Positions 61,798-64,000 of a stretch of DNA of 64,000 bases are shown here, in pieces. The DNA is taken from positions 706,304,001-706,368,000 of the forward strand of contig NW_027362762.1 of the NCBI RefSeq assembly GCF_046119375.1, given 5' to 3'. Source of the stretch: Phyllobates terribilis. Taxonomy: Eukaryota. The notes under the pieces were generated by a model. That model ran no database searches, was not told where the DNA came from, and saw only the letters and a list, made by a program, of their open reading frames with translations. The position numbers and the translations under genes are program-made. Each line of letters opens with the position of its first letter. Within the stretch, counting starts at the first letter, position 1.

Positions 61798-63080
61798 ATG
61801 GATCCCTTTCCAGGGCGGGAAGCATCTGATTTAGTTGATGGGGCAGCTGATGGTTGTTGAGGTCCGCTGGTCCGCATTTCAGACCGGTGAGACTCCCAGC
61901 GTAACCCATGTTGTTTGCGCATGTGAACGTTCATGCATGTACTCTAGTAGTCAAATTATTGCAGTTTTTCTCTCTACTGAGTTTTTTATCACAAAGTTTG
62001 CAGATAATGTGAGTTGGCTCATCCTTTGCGGTGTCAAAAAAGGCTCAGGCTAGGCAACCCTTGCCGCCCCTGCGAGCTGCAGACCCACAACCACTGCTGG
62101 CCACAGTTGTGGCTAAGGATGCAGTGTTCCTCATGCTTGCATCACTCCATGTCTGCACCGTAGGGCGAAAGGTAACCTCCTCGTCACCCTCCTCCACCTC
62201 CTCAGATGAGCTACTCGGCTGCGTGACTCTGGGTTCACACCAAGTAGGTTCTTCAACCTCATCATCCAATGTGTTATCCCATTCCTCGTCCTCAGAGTGA
62301 CCCTTCTCCTCTTGTTGCCCTGACAGCATAGTAAAGTCCGCATGAGCCTCAGGTATCTGAGTCTCATCAGGATCACCTCCCTCTCCTGTGCTTAATGTCT
62401 GGTCATGAGGGTCAGGAACCTGCTCGGACCCTACTCCGTCCTGCCCCGAATCCAACCTGAAAAAATTTTGGGCATCGGTGCAGATTCTTTCCTCTTCTTC
62501 TTGACTCTGTGAGTATTTGGAGTACACTTCTGATGCCTATGGGTATAGGAGAGGTGAACAGTTCTACAGACTCGCCCATCTGTGGTTCGCTACAGTCAGT
62601 TGGGCACTTGGACAGTTGTGACACGGGGGGAAGCAAGGGTAATTGGGGTGCTACCTCTGTGGACTGTACTGTGTGTGATGTTGAGGTGGAGGAAGCAGAG
62701 GAGAGGCCACTAGAAGCAGCGTTTGCCATCCACTGGAGCACCTGCTCTTTCTGACCCTTATCATCAAGGCATATCGCTGTGTGGCTACCAAACAAAGGGA
62801 GTGGAGTAGCCATCCACTAACAGAAGTTGTCAGTTGTCTTCGGATAGGACATGACGGTGTTGGTTCACTGGTGTTTTCACTAACATTACCACCTACCCCA
62901 TGTATACCTTGAACACCAAGCATATTCCCTCTTCCACCACGACCTCGCTTTTTCCACTTATGTTGCTCAGATACTGTGGTAGGAGCATGCTAATAGCAAA
63001 ACAAAATCAAAATTAGATTTTTTTGGGACTCTGCCTAGCAAGACAAAAAAAAAAAAATTTTTTTTACTCTGAAAATGGAC

Positions 63081-63441
63081 AAAGTTTGGACACACCATCT
63101 CATTTAAAGATTTTTCTGTATTTTCATGACTATGAAAATTGTACATTCACACTGAAGGCATCAAAACTATGAATTAACACATGTGGAATTATATACTTAA
63201 CAAAAAAGTGTGAAACAACTGAAAATATGTCTTATATTCTAGGTTCTTCAAAGTAGCCAACTTTTGCTTTGATGACTGCTTTGCACACTCTTGGCATTCT
63301 CTTGATGAGCTTCAACTATGAATTAACATGTGTTAATTCATAGTTTTGATGCCTTCAGTGTGAATGTACAATTTTCATAGTTATGAAAATACAGAAAAAT
63401 CTTTAAATGAGATGGTGTGTCCAAACTTTTGGTCTGTACTG
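63081..63441. mobile_element. Short TIR-only derivative of the Tc1 family at 1279/27522
   Basis: Left TIR (outer tip missing) joined directly to a partial right TIR ending ggtctgtactg + TA. Confidence 0.85.
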
Positions 63442-64000
63442 TATACTCGTGCATGGAGCACAATACAACCAGTGCACAAAACTGTTCTATGTCATTGGCC
63501 CTGCTCTTTCAGTCTGAATCTCAGTAATTGCACAAGAAAAAAAAATGTGCTGCAAGGTTGATTGAACAGGTACACAGCAGAGGACTTTTCTACACTATCT
63601 GACTTCCAAACAAGCATCCATTTTTCTAGATAATATCTCTCATTAAACAGTAGCACACTCAGCAGCAGCGTCTGTCAGCAGGGACATGTATAAAATGGTG
63701 CTGAGGGAATATGGCCCCTTTTTATATAGAGAGGACATGTGATTTCAGCAGCCAATTGCAGAAACCCTTGTGTTTGAACAGTGTGGATGCTTCCTGCGCT
63801 CTGATTAGTTAGTCGCGCTTTCCTGACTTAAAGTACCGCCTACGGGAAGAATAAAAAATTTATAAGCACGCCAATGATCTGACTTGTTCTGAGCTATCAT
63901 CATTTTATTAGCCTTGGAGGGGGGCAGCATCTATGGCCCCTTCCTTGGCAATTAATATTAGCTCACAGCTGTCTGTTTAGCCTTTGCTTGTTAGATTTTA

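Larger units (their letters stand above)
60100..63800 (-). mobile_element. Two tandem internally deleted hAT (ZBED-like) derivatives
   Basis: 60590-60990 duplicates 61835-62290; both retain acidic N-terminal and BED-finger remnants; LWSCKKLFPPTHEKAKRLN parallels the hAT at ~8850; 5' subterminal motif at ~63690 resembles ~11745. Confidence 0.7.

Overview
Eukaryotic (vertebrate, most likely anuran amphibian; inferred from the 18S fragment and TE families) intergenic window made almost entirely of nested, mostly decayed transposable elements. No intact host gene, prokaryotic operon or CRISPR array is visible. Main layers: a Tc1 split by a 9.9-kb hAT (8-bp TSD) that carries an 18S rRNA fragment, an L1 piece, a solo LTR and another Tc1; a 12.3-kb composite piggyBac holding a Penelope-like element (with a minimal hammerhead ribozyme) and a sushi-type chromovirus (self-priming PBS, -1 frameshift pseudoknot); a SCAN-gag Gypsy remnant; several Tc1 copies, including TIRs of one family hit three times by piggyBacs; a hierarchical palindromic array; and further hAT, Harbinger, L2 and LTR remnants. 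The most unusual feature is at 55448-59832 (- strand): an LTR-bounded, tRNA-Ala-primed element with no recognisable pol. In its place is an intronless, now-disrupted ~2.8-kb chimeric ORF that fuses a cingulin coiled-coil segment in frame to the KH0/KH2 region of an FXR1/FMR1-family RNA-binding protein. All family assignments come from motif recognition and recalled sequences, not database searches.
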